DNA of 64,000 nt, from NCBI GenBank assembly GCA_016235665.1, contig JACRJI010000003.1, positions 160,061-224,060 of the forward strand, in the 5' to 3' direction. Both the position numbers and the translations under genes were made by a program. The notes under the pieces are model-generated. The model saw only the letters and a list, made by a program, of their open reading frames with translations. It did no database searches and was not told where the DNA came from. This document shows positions 46,259 through 56,357 of the stretch, piece by piece. Each line of letters opens with the position of its first letter. Positions within the stretch are counted from its first letter, which is position 1. Source of the stretch: a candidate division TA06 bacterium. Its GTDB lineage: Bacteria; Edwardsbacteria; AC1; EtOH8.

Positions 46259-47229
46259 TGCGCCGGCAACTGCTGGAAATACTGCAATGCCCAAGCTGCC
46301 GTAAAAGCGACTGGCGGCTTGAGTCACTAAAGGAGGACGGCCGGGAGATCCGCCGGGGAAGCGTGGTTTGTCTGGTCTGCCGCAATATCTATCCCATAAA
46401 CAACGGAATTCTGGATTGTCTGGTTAGGTCCCATCCCTGGATAGAGAGCGCTCAAAGAAGCTATCGCCGCTCAAAGGTCTCTACCGCCGATAAATGGAGC
46501 CGGGAACAGCTGGCCCGCCGGGAGCATCTTGAAAATACTTACACCAGCGACAGCCGGATCAACTTTGCCCAGTTGATCGATCGACTGCCGGCCGGAGGTG
46601 GCTGGGCCCTGGACCTGGGCGCCGGGACCGGTTGGACCACTTCTCGGATAGCGGCCCTGGGCTATAAGGGCATTGCCCTGGACATCAGCACAGACAACAA
46701 GCTGGAGCTGGGAGAATGTTTTTTCAGCCCCAATATTTATTTCGACCGGATACTGGCCGACATGAACCGGCTTCCATTCAAAACCCAGTCGCTGTCCCTG
46801 ACGGCCGCCTCGGCCGCTTTGCACCACAGCTATGACCTGAGCGGAGCGGTCCGGGAAATAAGCCGGACGCTGATCCCCGGGGGCCGGCTGGAGCTGGCCA
46901 ATGAGCCGGTGAAGGGGCTGGCCGAGGCCTTTTTGCCCAAGCCCGCCATCGAGGACGAGGATGTCAAGGAAGCCAGCTATTCCCTGGCCGCCTGGCGGGG
47001 GGTCTTGGCCAGTTGCGGATTTGAAAGCAGGGTGTTTTTCCCCCAGAGTATTCAAATGCGGTTGGAGAAAAACAATTTTAATCCCCGGCACAAATTTCTC
47101 GTTGCCGCCCGGGCGGTTTCCGGCCTGGCCAGATCGGCTCCGGGACTGCTGTTCGGTGGATTAAGCCTTAAACTGGGCCATCTGCTGTTCGGACTGCCCT
47201 TGTCGCTTTCGGCCAGAAAGGTTAAATGA
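46258..47229 (+). CDS. Trm112-like zinc-ribbon fused to class I SAM methyltransferase (MTase 1)
   Basis: CPSC ... CLVC ... YPINNGILD zinc ribbon followed by LDLGAGTGW (motif I). TGATG overlap with the upstream gene. Confidence 0.72.
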   Translation: MRRQLLEILQCPSCRKSDWRLESLKEDGREIRRGSVVCLVCRNIYPINNGILDCLVRSHPWIESAQRSYRRSKVSTADKWSREQLARREHLENTYTSDSRINFAQLIDRLPAGGGWALDLGAGTGWTTSRIAALGYKGIALDISTDNKLELGECFFSPNIYFDRILADMNRLPFKTQSLSLTAASAALHHSYDLSGAVREISRTLIPGGRLELANEPVKGLAEAFLPKPAIEDEDVKEASYSLAAWRGVLASCGFESRVFFPQSIQMRLEKNNFNPRHKFLVAARAVSGLARSAPGLLFGGLSLKLGHLLFGLPLSLSARKVK

Positions 47230-49040
47230 AGCCAGGCTTTTCCATAATAATTCCCACCTACAATACTCTTCCTTATCTGAAACTTTGTCTTAAAAGTTTT
47301 AAGGAACACTCGGCATATCCCCACCAGATAATAGTCTGCGCCGACGGCTGCAGCGACGGCACCAATGAATATCTTAAAAACTATCCTGGGATCGACAAGG
47401 TCATCCTCGGTAAAAACCAGGGCATCTGCAGCGCCACCAACCAGGCCGCCCGCCTGGCCGACCGCGAGTATCTGTTCCTGGCCAACGATGACCTGGTTGC
47501 CTCCCCCGGATGGGATGAAGCCTTGATGTCCATGGCCGCGTCTGACCGGGTCTTAAGCGGGGTCCAGGTAGAGCCGGGGTGGGTGCCGGTGGCGCCCTGT
47601 CATATCAAACGGGATTTTGGGCAGACCTTCGAAGAATTCCGGGAACAGGAATTCTTAACCTATGCCGGGGCCGAAAACCGGCAGAAACAGGGGGCTTTTG
47701 AACCGGGGGTCAATTATCCCTTTTTGATCCACCGGAGATTATGGGAGCAGCTGGATGGATTGGACGAGCGCTTCAATCCGGGCCCCGGATCGGATCCCGA
47801 TCTGTTCTACCGTCTGGCGCTGAAAGAGACGGAATTATTAAGGGTCCGCTCCAGCCTGTTCTACCACTTCGGCGGCCGGGCCTCGCGCTTTGCCGGAGAG
47901 ATGGGCCGCCAGTCCGATGCCTGGAAACAGGCCGCCGCCGCCAGCCGCAGGGTTTTTACCAAAAAATGGGGAAGGCCCTGGGATTTTGGATTTGGACAGG
48001 CGCCAAAAATAAAAAGGCCGGGGTCGCTGGCCTTTTTCGTCTGGGGAGGCATCGGCAACATGATCATGGCACTGCCGGCCATCGAGGCCGCCAGGGAGGA
48101 ACTGCCCAACACCAAGATCACGGTCATCTCTCAAAAGCAAGCCATGCTCTCGTTGCTTCCTTCCGGGATGCAAAAAAAACTGGCGATAGATGATCCACAA
48201 TACCGGGGTTTGAAGGGAACCTGGAAATTGATCCGAGACATCAGAAAACTAGATCCGGAGATCACCTTTACCAGCTCGCCTTTTCCAGGTATCAGATACT
48301 GCCTGGCTGCCCTTGTTTCCGGTGCCCGTGACAGGGTGTCGCCGGAGCAGAGGAAATATGATCTTTGCAACCTGAAAATACAAGCCGCATCCCGGCATTA
48401 TCTGGAACGCAATCTGGAAATGCTGCGGGCGGCGGGCATCGACCGGAAATTTCAGGGCTACGGCCTTTCTCTTGCCCCGGAGGAGATAAAACAGGCAAAG
48501 GGATCGCTGCTCCGGCTGAAAATTGAACCATCTAAATTGATCGGCCTGCACCCGGGGGCAGGGAATTCCCAAAAAAGATGGTCCAAAGAGAACTTCATTA
48601 TCTTGGGAAAATCCCTGACTGACCGGGGATTATCCCTGATGGTCTTTGGCGGCCCGGAGGAAAAGGGATTGGCGGAAGATGTGGCTTTAAAGGTCGGACC
48701 TGGCGCAGTTTCCATGGTTGGCGGGCAGGATATTAGGGCCACGCTGGCCCTGATCAAACACTGCCGAGCCTTTGTTTCCAATGACAGCGGGCTGGCCCAC
48801 TGCGCTGCAGCGTTGCAGGTTCCCACACTGACAATCTTCGGTCCCACCGACACGGCCTTAAGCCGCCCTTACGGTCCGTCAGCCAAGACCGTTAAAAGCC
48901 AGGCAGAATGCAGTCCCTGCTATCGCCCAGCCAACAAGTACGGCTGCCGGGAACCTGTTCCGGTATGCCTTTCCCGGCTCTCCCCGGATAATGTTTTCAT
49001 TGAATTCCAAAAATTGTATAAATCCTTCAGGGCCTGGTAA
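47226..49040 (+). CDS. bifunctional GT2 (N-terminal) - GT9 heptosyltransferase-like (C-terminal) fusion glycosyltransferase
   Basis: N-terminal SIIIPTYN ... DGCSDGT ... NDD. C-terminal GAGNSQKRWSKE ... NDSGLAHCAAAL ... FGPTD. 604 aa. Confidence 0.7.
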   Translation: MKPGFSIIIPTYNTLPYLKLCLKSFKEHSAYPHQIIVCADGCSDGTNEYLKNYPGIDKVILGKNQGICSATNQAARLADREYLFLANDDLVASPGWDEALMSMAASDRVLSGVQVEPGWVPVAPCHIKRDFGQTFEEFREQEFLTYAGAENRQKQGAFEPGVNYPFLIHRRLWEQLDGLDERFNPGPGSDPDLFYRLALKETELLRVRSSLFYHFGGRASRFAGEMGRQSDAWKQAAAASRRVFTKKWGRPWDFGFGQAPKIKRPGSLAFFVWGGIGNMIMALPAIEAAREELPNTKITVISQKQAMLSLLPSGMQKKLAIDDPQYRGLKGTWKLIRDIRKLDPEITFTSSPFPGIRYCLAALVSGARDRVSPEQRKYDLCNLKIQAASRHYLERNLEMLRAAGIDRKFQGYGLSLAPEEIKQAKGSLLRLKIEPSKLIGLHPGAGNSQKRWSKENFIILGKSLTDRGLSLMVFGGPEEKGLAEDVALKVGPGAVSMVGGQDIRATLALIKHCRAFVSNDSGLAHCAAALQVPTLTIFGPTDTALSRPYGPSAKTVKSQAECSPCYRPANKYGCREPVPVCLSRLSPDNVFIEFQKLYKSFRAW

Positions 49041-49121
49041 AAAAATGTGCATAACCAGGCCTATTTTATTGACTTTATAAGCATCTTATGTTAACATAAT
49101 CTGTTATAATTCAAGGTTATA

Positions 49122-50273
49122 GTGAAAGTTTTATTTTTTGATCATTCTCAGGTTTACGGCGGCGCCGAGAAAAGTCTGCTGGCATTTTTGCCTCTTTTAA
49201 TTGAGCCGGTAGAACCTATTCTATTACTGGCGGAAAACAGCAGGATAGTTCCCGAAGCGGCCAAACTAAAGATCAAATGCCGCACTATAAGCATTGGTCC
49301 CAGACTAGCCAATATAACCCAGAGTAAGGCTTTATTCCAAGCATTGGATCCAAGGTTCTGGATGGAATTGGCCAAAGCCCAGGCAGAATTCTCGGAGATA
49401 TGCCGGATTGAAAATCCGGATATTTTATACGCCAATACATTCAAGGCTGCAGTATTCATTGGATTTTATAAAAACAAACAAAAACGGCAGCTGTTTTGGC
49501 ACATCCGCGATATATTTGCCGGTATAGGGGGGATACTGCTATGGTGCCTTGGGCTGTTGACACACCCTAAAATCATAGCCGTGTCCCGGGCCGCCTCCGT
49601 CCAGCCTTTTTTGTCCTGGCCGGGATGCCGGCCGCAGGTGGTATATAACGGGATCGATCATCTGCAGTGGCGCCAGGAAAGCGAAGAAACAAGCGGTCTG
49701 GATACAAAGGCAAAGCTCAAAGTTGCGCCTGGTGAGATTCTGATAGCCTGCTTTGGGCAGCTGACCCCATGGAAGGGCCAGGAACATGCGATAACCGCGC
49801 TGGCTGTTCTCATAAAAAAGGGGATACTCTGTAAGTTACTGTTGGTGGGAGACGCCGTATTTGCTGACAAGTCATATCCCCAGAAACTCAGGGTTCTATC
49901 CAGCCGCCTTGGGGTTAGCGGCAGCGTGGTTTTCAGTGGTTGGATGGATAACCCCGCTCCCTACATGACGGTGGCCGATATAGTGGTGCACATGCCGGTC
50001 AAGCCCGAGCCTTTTGGCCGGGTGCTGGTGGAAGCCATGTCCCTGGGCAAGCCGGTGGTGGCTGTCAGGTCCGGGGCCATACCCGAGATCATAGAAGACG
50101 GCAAGACCGGGATTCTATGCACTCCGGGTGAGTTGCCGTTCATATTGGAAAAACTGATCTACGACCCCGGCAAGGCCAAGGTCATGGGGGAAAAAGCCCG
50201 GCAAAGAGCGGAGCGGCACTTCGGAATTGCTGAAACAGCAAAAGGCATCCAAAAAATATTGACGGAGATTTGA
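49122..50273 (+). CDS. GT4 (group 1) glycosyltransferase
   Basis: N-terminal GGAEK motif and C-terminal E...E motif (EPFGRVLVEAM). GTG start. Confidence 0.75.
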   Translation: MKVLFFDHSQVYGGAEKSLLAFLPLLIEPVEPILLLAENSRIVPEAAKLKIKCRTISIGPRLANITQSKALFQALDPRFWMELAKAQAEFSEICRIENPDILYANTFKAAVFIGFYKNKQKRQLFWHIRDIFAGIGGILLWCLGLLTHPKIIAVSRAASVQPFLSWPGCRPQVVYNGIDHLQWRQESEETSGLDTKAKLKVAPGEILIACFGQLTPWKGQEHAITALAVLIKKGILCKLLLVGDAVFADKSYPQKLRVLSSRLGVSGSVVFSGWMDNPAPYMTVADIVVHMPVKPEPFGRVLVEAMSLGKPVVAVRSGAIPEIIEDGKTGILCTPGELPFILEKLIYDPGKAKVMGEKARQRAERHFGIAETAKGIQKILTEI

Positions 50274-50276
50274 GCG

Positions 50277-51305
50277 ATGAGGGAATTCGTCAAAGGAAAG
50301 ACAATTCTGGTAACCGGAGGCACCGGCTCATTTGGGCACCAGATAGTGTCCACCATCCTGAAGTTTTCTCCGCGCGAGGTCCGGATATACAGCCGGGACG
50401 AGAAGAAGCAGGACGACATGCGGTACTGGTTCAACAACGACCCCCGGCTGCGCTTTATCATCGGCGATGTCCGGAACAGAAAAACGCTGGTATCCGCCAG
50501 CGCCGGGGTGGAGCTGTTATTCCATGCCGCGGCGCTGAAACAGGTGCCTTCCTGCCAGCACAATGTGATGGAAGCGGTGATGACCAACACCCTGGGGGCC
50601 GCCAACGTGATCGAAGCCTGCGTGCAGAATAAAATACCGGAAGCGGTGGCCATCTCCACCGACAAGGCGGTGAAGCCGGTGAATGTGATGGGTATGACCA
50701 AAGCGCTGCAGGAACGGTTGTTCATTACCGCCAATATCAGACCGGATGCCGCCAGCACTGAATTTCAGATCGTGCGCTACGGAAATGTGCTGGGCAGCCG
50801 GGGAAGCGTGGTGCCCTTGTTCAAAAAACAACTGCAGGCCGGAAAGCCCCTGACCATTACCGAGCCGGAGATGACGCGTTTTATCATAACATTAAAAGAG
50901 GCCATTTGGCTGGTTTTTACGGCCATGCGCGACGGGGTAGGAGGCGAGATCTTTGTATTAAAATCCAAAGCCCTAAGTATAGGGGATCTGGCGACAGTAA
51001 TGGCCGGCGCCAGCGGTCAAAAGCTTAGGTCCAGGCAATTGGGGATGCGTTCCGGGGAAAAAATGCATGAGATCCTGATCTCCGAAGAAGAATCGCTGAG
51101 ATGCCTGGAGCACAAGGATCACTTCATTGTGATTCCGGAAGTGAAAAATGAGAAGGCCGGGCGGCACTATAGCAAAGCAAAGTATTTCAAAAAGCCGTTT
51201 GAATACAGTTCCGATGCGGCGGCCCGGATGAGCCGGACAGCGATACAAAAGCTTTTGGGGCAGGAAGGATGGCTGGACTTAAAAGATAAGGACGGGGAGA
51301 TATAA
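50277..51305 (+). CDS. UDP-N-acetylglucosamine 4,6-dehydratase, PseB/FlaA1/CapE family
   Basis: Block-by-block match to FlaA1/PseB/CapE: ILVTGGTGSFG, YSRDE.KQ, HAAALKQVP, STDKAV.PVN..G.TK, VRYGNVLGSRGSVVPLFKKQ, MTRFIITL, GGEIFV, GEK.HE. Confidence 0.8.
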   Translation: MREFVKGKTILVTGGTGSFGHQIVSTILKFSPREVRIYSRDEKKQDDMRYWFNNDPRLRFIIGDVRNRKTLVSASAGVELLFHAAALKQVPSCQHNVMEAVMTNTLGAANVIEACVQNKIPEAVAISTDKAVKPVNVMGMTKALQERLFITANIRPDAASTEFQIVRYGNVLGSRGSVVPLFKKQLQAGKPLTITEPEMTRFIITLKEAIWLVFTAMRDGVGGEIFVLKSKALSIGDLATVMAGASGQKLRSRQLGMRSGEKMHEILISEEESLRCLEHKDHFIVIPEVKNEKAGRHYSKAKYFKKPFEYSSDAAARMSRTAIQKLLGQEGWLDLKDKDGEI

Positions 51306-51308
51306 CGA

Positions 51309-52160
51309 TTGAAGGTTCTGATCACCGGAGGCTCAGGCATGCTGGGGAGGGCCGTAGTCCGCAGACTTTCCCGGGAATGTCAGGTAAGCTATACCGTGCA
51401 TCGTACCGGCTTCGAATTCAAAGGAGCCACGGCCATTCCCTGTGATCTGGCCGCCGGTGATCTGACTTTGCCGGCTTTTGATGCCGTAGTGCACACCGCT
51501 GCCCAAACCGACGTGGATTTCTGCCAGAGCAATCCCGAAGAAGCTTATAAGGCGAATGTCCTGGCCACCAGGAACCTGGTTGCGGCCTGCCCCGGCGCAT
51601 ATTTTATCTATATCTCCACCGACTTCGTATTCGACGGACAAAAAGGACTTTACCGGGAAATTGACCAGGCCAGTCCTATTTCGGAATATGGCCGCACTAA
51701 ATATCTGGGGGAAAAGGAGATTCCCGTTTCGGGTTGCGCCGTAAGAACCAGCATTTACGGAATCCTGGGAAATGAAAAAAAACCGACCTTCATTGAAAGA
51801 TCACTGGAAGGGTTGGGGAACGGCCGGGAAATATACGGCTTTGAGGATCAATGGTTCTCGCCAGTATCCATTTACAATCTGGCCGAGATGCTGACCGAGA
51901 TCGTTGAACAAAGGCCAAATGGCATCCTGCACCTGGGGGGACCGGAAAGGATTTCCAAATATCAGTTCCTGCGGCAGCTGGCCGCAAGCTTCGGGTATCC
52001 AGAATCGCTGGTAAAGGCCAATTCATTCTCCAACCATAAATTCCTGGCTCCCCGGCCCAGGGATGCTTCCCTGGATATTTCAAGGGCCAGGTCATTTCTG
52101 AAGACCGGATTTTGCAGCCCTGCCGAAAGCTTCGAACAGATTAGGGACAAGTTAAAATGA
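51309..52160 (+). CDS. SDR-family NAD(P)-dependent sugar-nucleotide reductase (RmlD/CapF-N-domain-like)
   Basis: VLITGGSGMLG Rossmann motif and the ISTDFVFDG block typical of RmlD-like reductases. Confidence 0.65.
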   Translation: MKVLITGGSGMLGRAVVRRLSRECQVSYTVHRTGFEFKGATAIPCDLAAGDLTLPAFDAVVHTAAQTDVDFCQSNPEEAYKANVLATRNLVAACPGAYFIYISTDFVFDGQKGLYREIDQASPISEYGRTKYLGEKEIPVSGCAVRTSIYGILGNEKKPTFIERSLEGLGNGREIYGFEDQWFSPVSIYNLAEMLTEIVEQRPNGILHLGGPERISKYQFLRQLAASFGYPESLVKANSFSNHKFLAPRPRDASLDISRARSFLKTGFCSPAESFEQIRDKLK

Positions 52161-52170
52161 GGGCTGTAAA

Positions 52171-52572
52171 ATGAATTCCAGGAAACTTGACATAAAGACC
52201 GACGAGCGCGGTTGGCTGGCAGAGATTCTAAGGCAAGAGGACCTCCATCCCGGCAAAGAAGCGTTCGGGCAATTCTTCATCACCACCGCCCACCCCGGTA
52301 TCTCCAAGGGCCATCATTACCATCTGCGCAAACACGAGTGGTTCTGCGTCATCAAGGGGCGGGGGCTGCTGGTGTTCGAGGATATCGAAACCGGGCTAAG
52401 GCGGGAACTGGAGATCGGCGAGAACAACCTGGCGACAGTGGAGATCCCTCTGCGTACAGCTCATGCCATCAAGAACATCGGAGATGAGATGATGTATTTG
52501 CTGGCCTACACCGACGAGCCGCACGACCCAAACGATCCGGACACTTACGCCAGAAAGGTGGAATTTAGATGA
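52171..52572 (+). CDS. cupin-fold sugar-nucleotide epimerase/isomerase (CapF-C-domain / WxcM-C-like)
   Basis: 133-aa cupin (GISKGHHYHLRKHEWFCVIKG). Confidence 0.55.
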   Translation: MNSRKLDIKTDERGWLAEILRQEDLHPGKEAFGQFFITTAHPGISKGHHYHLRKHEWFCVIKGRGLLVFEDIETGLRRELEIGENNLATVEIPLRTAHAIKNIGDEMMYLLAYTDEPHDPNDPDTYARKVEFR

Positions 52573-53288
52573 GCGGAATCAGTCCCTGGGAAAAAACTGC
52601 GCCAGCGTTTCTGGCCACAGAAGGATTTCTTTCACCGGAGGAAGGTGAGTTCCTGTACCGCCGGGCCGGAGCATGCCAAGGACAGGGAGCGGTAGTGGAG
52701 ATCGGATCCTGGAAGGGGCGGTCCACGGTCTGCCTGGCTGCCGGAGCCCGGGAGGGCGTCAAAATATACGCCATAGATCCCCACTCCGGTTCCAGCGAGC
52801 ACAAGCAGCAAATGGGCTTGGTCAATACTTTGGACGAATTCAAGAACAATATCAAAAAGGCCGGAGTTGATCGGGAAGTGATTCCTTTGGTGCAAACTTC
52901 GGAACAGGCGGCCCGGGAATGGAAGGGTCCAATAGATCTCTTGTTCATAGACGGAGCCCACGAGTATGAACTGGTAAAACAGGATTTTGAACTTTGGAGC
53001 CCTTTCTTGAATGAGGGGGGGACCATAGCTTTCCATGATTCCGTAGACTGGCTTGGTCCAAAGAGGCTGGTCCGCGATGAGATCTTCCTGAAACCGCAAT
53101 ATGCCGAGGTGGGCGTGGTGGGGTCAATCACCTACGCGAAAAAAGTGAAGAACTGCGGCCCGTGGCAGATGCTGAAAAAAAGATGGAAACTATTCCTGAA
53201 ACACTTTTACGATTACGGGCGCACCCACACTCACTCAGTTCCTGGTTGGATCAGGTTTTTGGGAAAAAGAGTTCTATCAAGGATTTGA
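52569..53288 (+). CDS. class I SAM-dependent O-methyltransferase, CmcI/TylF-like (MTase 2)
   Basis: VVEIGSWKGRST ... IYAIDPH ... LFIDGAHEYE ... IAFHD. Confidence 0.65.
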   Translation: MSGISPWEKTAPAFLATEGFLSPEEGEFLYRRAGACQGQGAVVEIGSWKGRSTVCLAAGAREGVKIYAIDPHSGSSEHKQQMGLVNTLDEFKNNIKKAGVDREVIPLVQTSEQAAREWKGPIDLLFIDGAHEYELVKQDFELWSPFLNEGGTIAFHDSVDWLGPKRLVRDEIFLKPQYAEVGVVGSITYAKKVKNCGPWQMLKKRWKLFLKHFYDYGRTHTHSVPGWIRFLGKRVLSRI

Positions 53289-54439
53289 TGCCTATTCCAA
53301 AACCCATAAATATACTTTTCTTTTCCCGGGTGCCTAAGATCGGAGGAGGGGAAACAAGCCTTTTGGCCATTCTTAAAGGGCTTGATAAAATCAGGGAAAT
53401 TCCGGTATTTGCCGCCGTTGAGGATGGCCCGTTGACCCAGGAAGTTAAAAAGCTTGGGGTTAAGGTAAGATTTTGCGGTCCGGTTCCAACCGGTTTATTG
53501 AGCATAAGACCTAAGAGTGTCTTCCGGAAAATCATATATGTTCTTGGCGTCGGACCGGCTTTGTGGCGGTTGTATAGAATATTAAAGGATGAAGAGATAG
53601 AAATCGCCCATGCCAATGAAGCGTTGGAAGCCGCTTTCTTATGTCTGCCCTGTTTTGCGGCCGGCGTACCCCTGATCTGGACGGTGAGGAACCTGTTCAC
53701 CATGAGACCGCTCTACAGGTTTCTCTATTTTTGGAGTGCGGCAGTTATGTCGGTATCACAGGCTGCCGCAGCTCCTTTGGCATTTCTGGAACAAAAAAGA
53801 GCAGTTGGCGGGCTTAAACCAAAGGTCAAGGTGATCTACGAGGGGATAGATGTTCCTTCCCTGACAAAACCACCTTTTGGAAGAAAGCCATACACCTCGG
53901 CCATCATTGGCCGGCTGTCGCCCGACAAAGGCCAGGAATTATTTTTAAAGGCCGCGGCATTAGTGTCGCAAAAAACCGATCAGGTAAAGTATTTGATTGT
54001 CGGCGACACACATTTGGGAGACCCGGAATATGCCGGGTTTTTGAAAAGGCTGGCCCCGGATCTAGGTTTAAGGGATAATCTTCGATTCACCGGCTTTGAA
54101 TCCGACATTTGGAAATTGTTGTCTCAAGTTGATGTAGTAGTCATGGCCTGCCCCATTGAGGCATTCGGCCGGGCCACCATCGAAGCCATGGCTGCCGCCC
54201 GCCCGGTAATTGGCATCAGAGCCGGCGGGACCGCAGAGATCATTGTGGATGATGTGACGGGGAGGCTGATAGCCAACGATCCGGAAGAACTGGCCCGGGC
54301 CATGCTGGAGCTGTTGGGCGATCCGCAAAAGGCAGCGGCTATGGGCCAAAACGGCCGGAAAAGAGTTGAAGAAATATTTACCATCCAAAGTATGGTGGCC
54401 CAAATCACGGAATTATATCGGGAGATTTTAAAAGCATGA
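53288..54439 (+). CDS. GT4 glycosyltransferase
   Basis: ATGA/TGATG overlap with the upstream gene. GGGE near the N-terminus and a C-terminal EAFGRATIEAMAA motif. Start is the ATG at 53288. Confidence 0.7.
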   Translation: MPIPKPINILFFSRVPKIGGGETSLLAILKGLDKIREIPVFAAVEDGPLTQEVKKLGVKVRFCGPVPTGLLSIRPKSVFRKIIYVLGVGPALWRLYRILKDEEIEIAHANEALEAAFLCLPCFAAGVPLIWTVRNLFTMRPLYRFLYFWSAAVMSVSQAAAAPLAFLEQKRAVGGLKPKVKVIYEGIDVPSLTKPPFGRKPYTSAIIGRLSPDKGQELFLKAAALVSQKTDQVKYLIVGDTHLGDPEYAGFLKRLAPDLGLRDNLRFTGFESDIWKLLSQVDVVVMACPIEAFGRATIEAMAAARPVIGIRAGGTAEIIVDDVTGRLIANDPEELARAMLELLGDPQKAAAMGQNGRKRVEEIFTIQSMVAQITELYREILKA

Positions 54440-55257
54440 ACCAAAACACCCCTCAATTGTGGGACCATCTTTGGAAGATAAATACTCCCGAAGAGGATAT
54501 TTATTGTCTGACCAAAGAGGAGTATACGGTTCGATGGAGAAAGATCAAAGACCGGGTAGAAAAAGTTTTTGGATCATTTTCCGGCCTTAAAGTGATAGAA
54601 ATTGGCGCCGGGGCCGGCACGTATGCCGCCTTAATGGCCAGACAGGGAGCCGAGGTTACCATACTGGATTATTCTGCAAGAGCATTGGATAAAGCCAAAA
54701 TATTTTTCGAGCGAAATCAGGTAAAGGCCAATTTCATTTTACAGGATGCCCTGAATCTTCCTTCCGGGTTGCTGGGCAAGTATGATGTTTCCATGTCCTT
54801 CGGCCTGACCGAGCATTTTTTGGGAGAGCAGAGGCTGGCCATCAACCGGATACATTTAGATGTTTTAAAACCAGGCGGCGTAACTTTTATTTCGGTTCCC
54901 AATAAATACAGCCCGCCATACCGGCTCTATAAATTTGTGGCCCAGCTTACCGGAAAATGGCTGGTGGGCGAAGAATATCCATATTCCCGGCGCGAATTGT
55001 TTGCGCTATGCCGTAAACTGAAAACAGAAGAAGGCCAGGTTTTCGGAGAGTCTTTGAGACAATCCGGATATTTTATGGGGCTTTTAAATCCCTGGCGGCT
55101 GGTCAATAAATTCCTGCTGAAGCGTGAAACCGTTGAAAGTCCTGCAAAAGCAGATATCTCTGACATCAAGCCGGAACGGCCGACCATTTGGGACGATCAT
55201 TTAAGCTATGCGCTGGTGCTGTATGCCAGAAAACCCGCCGCAGCGGCAGACGCATGA
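54436..55257 (+). CDS. class I SAM-dependent methyltransferase (MTase 3)
   Basis: VIEIGAGAGTY motif I and D/E-rich post-I/II motifs. Confidence 0.7.
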   Translation: MNQNTPQLWDHLWKINTPEEDIYCLTKEEYTVRWRKIKDRVEKVFGSFSGLKVIEIGAGAGTYAALMARQGAEVTILDYSARALDKAKIFFERNQVKANFILQDALNLPSGLLGKYDVSMSFGLTEHFLGEQRLAINRIHLDVLKPGGVTFISVPNKYSPPYRLYKFVAQLTGKWLVGEEYPYSRRELFALCRKLKTEEGQVFGESLRQSGYFMGLLNPWRLVNKFLLKRETVESPAKADISDIKPERPTIWDDHLSYALVLYARKPAAAADA

Positions 55258-56357
55258 TGTTTGAAGCCCAGAATAAGGATATCTGGTTCATAATAATGGG
55301 CGACGAATCTTCGTCCGATGCCCAGCGAGCAATAAATCTGGCCGGCCACTGGCTTCGGCTTAAACCGGTTTTTGTGTTCTGTCATCCGGGTGGGGCAAGA
55401 TTAAGAGATATCTGGTTTTCGATCTGGAAAAAGAGGCCGGCAGCGGTTTATTGTTTTAGCTATAACTATTTCATTTTAATGCTGGCCCTGGGGTGCAGGA
55501 TATTTTGGCCCCGGCTAAAATTTGTGTTCGATACCGGAGATCTGGCTTATAAATTATCCAAGCTATTTTTTTATACCCGTCTTCAAACCCATCTGCTCGG
55601 TATATATGAATGGCTGATCCTGCGGCTTGCCAGCGCTGTGGTGGTAAGGGGTCGCTGGCATGTTGAGTATTTGAAAAAAGGGGGACTTAAGAATATTCTG
55701 TTGATCCCTGACGGGGTGGATCTGGCAGAAGTGCGGGAGACGAATTCCAGTGCGCTTAAGGAAAAATTGTTTGGCCCCGGTTCTTTTGTGGTAGGGCTGG
55801 TAGGCTTTTTGCTTTGGCCAAATAATCTGGGTGTGATATGGTATGGGTGGGACCTGCTGGAAGCAGCCCGGCTATTAAAAGATACCCCTATAAAATTCGC
55901 TTTGGCGGGTTACGGGCCGGGACAAAATGAATTTGAGACAAAGATTAAAGAATACGGGCTGGAAGATAACGTGCGTTATCTGGGCAGGATGTCCCGGGAA
56001 CAAACTTCGGAATGGATTTCCATGTTCGATATAGCGCTTAACACCCAGCCTAACGCGGATGCCTTTTGGGTGCGCACCACCGGCAAGTTGCCGCTGTATC
56101 TGGCGGCCAACCGTTATATTTTAACCAGCGACGTGGGCGAGGCCCATTATATTTTGCCCCAAGAAATGCTGATCCCATACCAAGGTCTTGTGGATTTAGA
56201 TTATCCGCCCCGGTTGGCTCAGAAAATATTGGAATTGTACAATAACCGCCAAAAACTATTTTTGGGGGATGGCGGCCGGAGATTGGCCGACGCACTGTTT
56301 TCCTATGAAAAACTTTCCGTTTTATTGGAAGAGGAATTAATAACTTCAGTACTATGA
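55254..56357 (+). CDS. GT1/GT4-like glycosyltransferase, low GC
   Basis: C-terminal GT1-like domain. ATGA overlap. GC ~45%. Confidence 0.5.
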   Translation: MMFEAQNKDIWFIIMGDESSSDAQRAINLAGHWLRLKPVFVFCHPGGARLRDIWFSIWKKRPAAVYCFSYNYFILMLALGCRIFWPRLKFVFDTGDLAYKLSKLFFYTRLQTHLLGIYEWLILRLASAVVVRGRWHVEYLKKGGLKNILLIPDGVDLAEVRETNSSALKEKLFGPGSFVVGLVGFLLWPNNLGVIWYGWDLLEAARLLKDTPIKFALAGYGPGQNEFETKIKEYGLEDNVRYLGRMSREQTSEWISMFDIALNTQPNADAFWVRTTGKLPLYLAANRYILTSDVGEAHYILPQEMLIPYQGLVDLDYPPRLAQKILELYNNRQKLFLGDGGRRLADALFSYEKLSVLLEEELITSVL

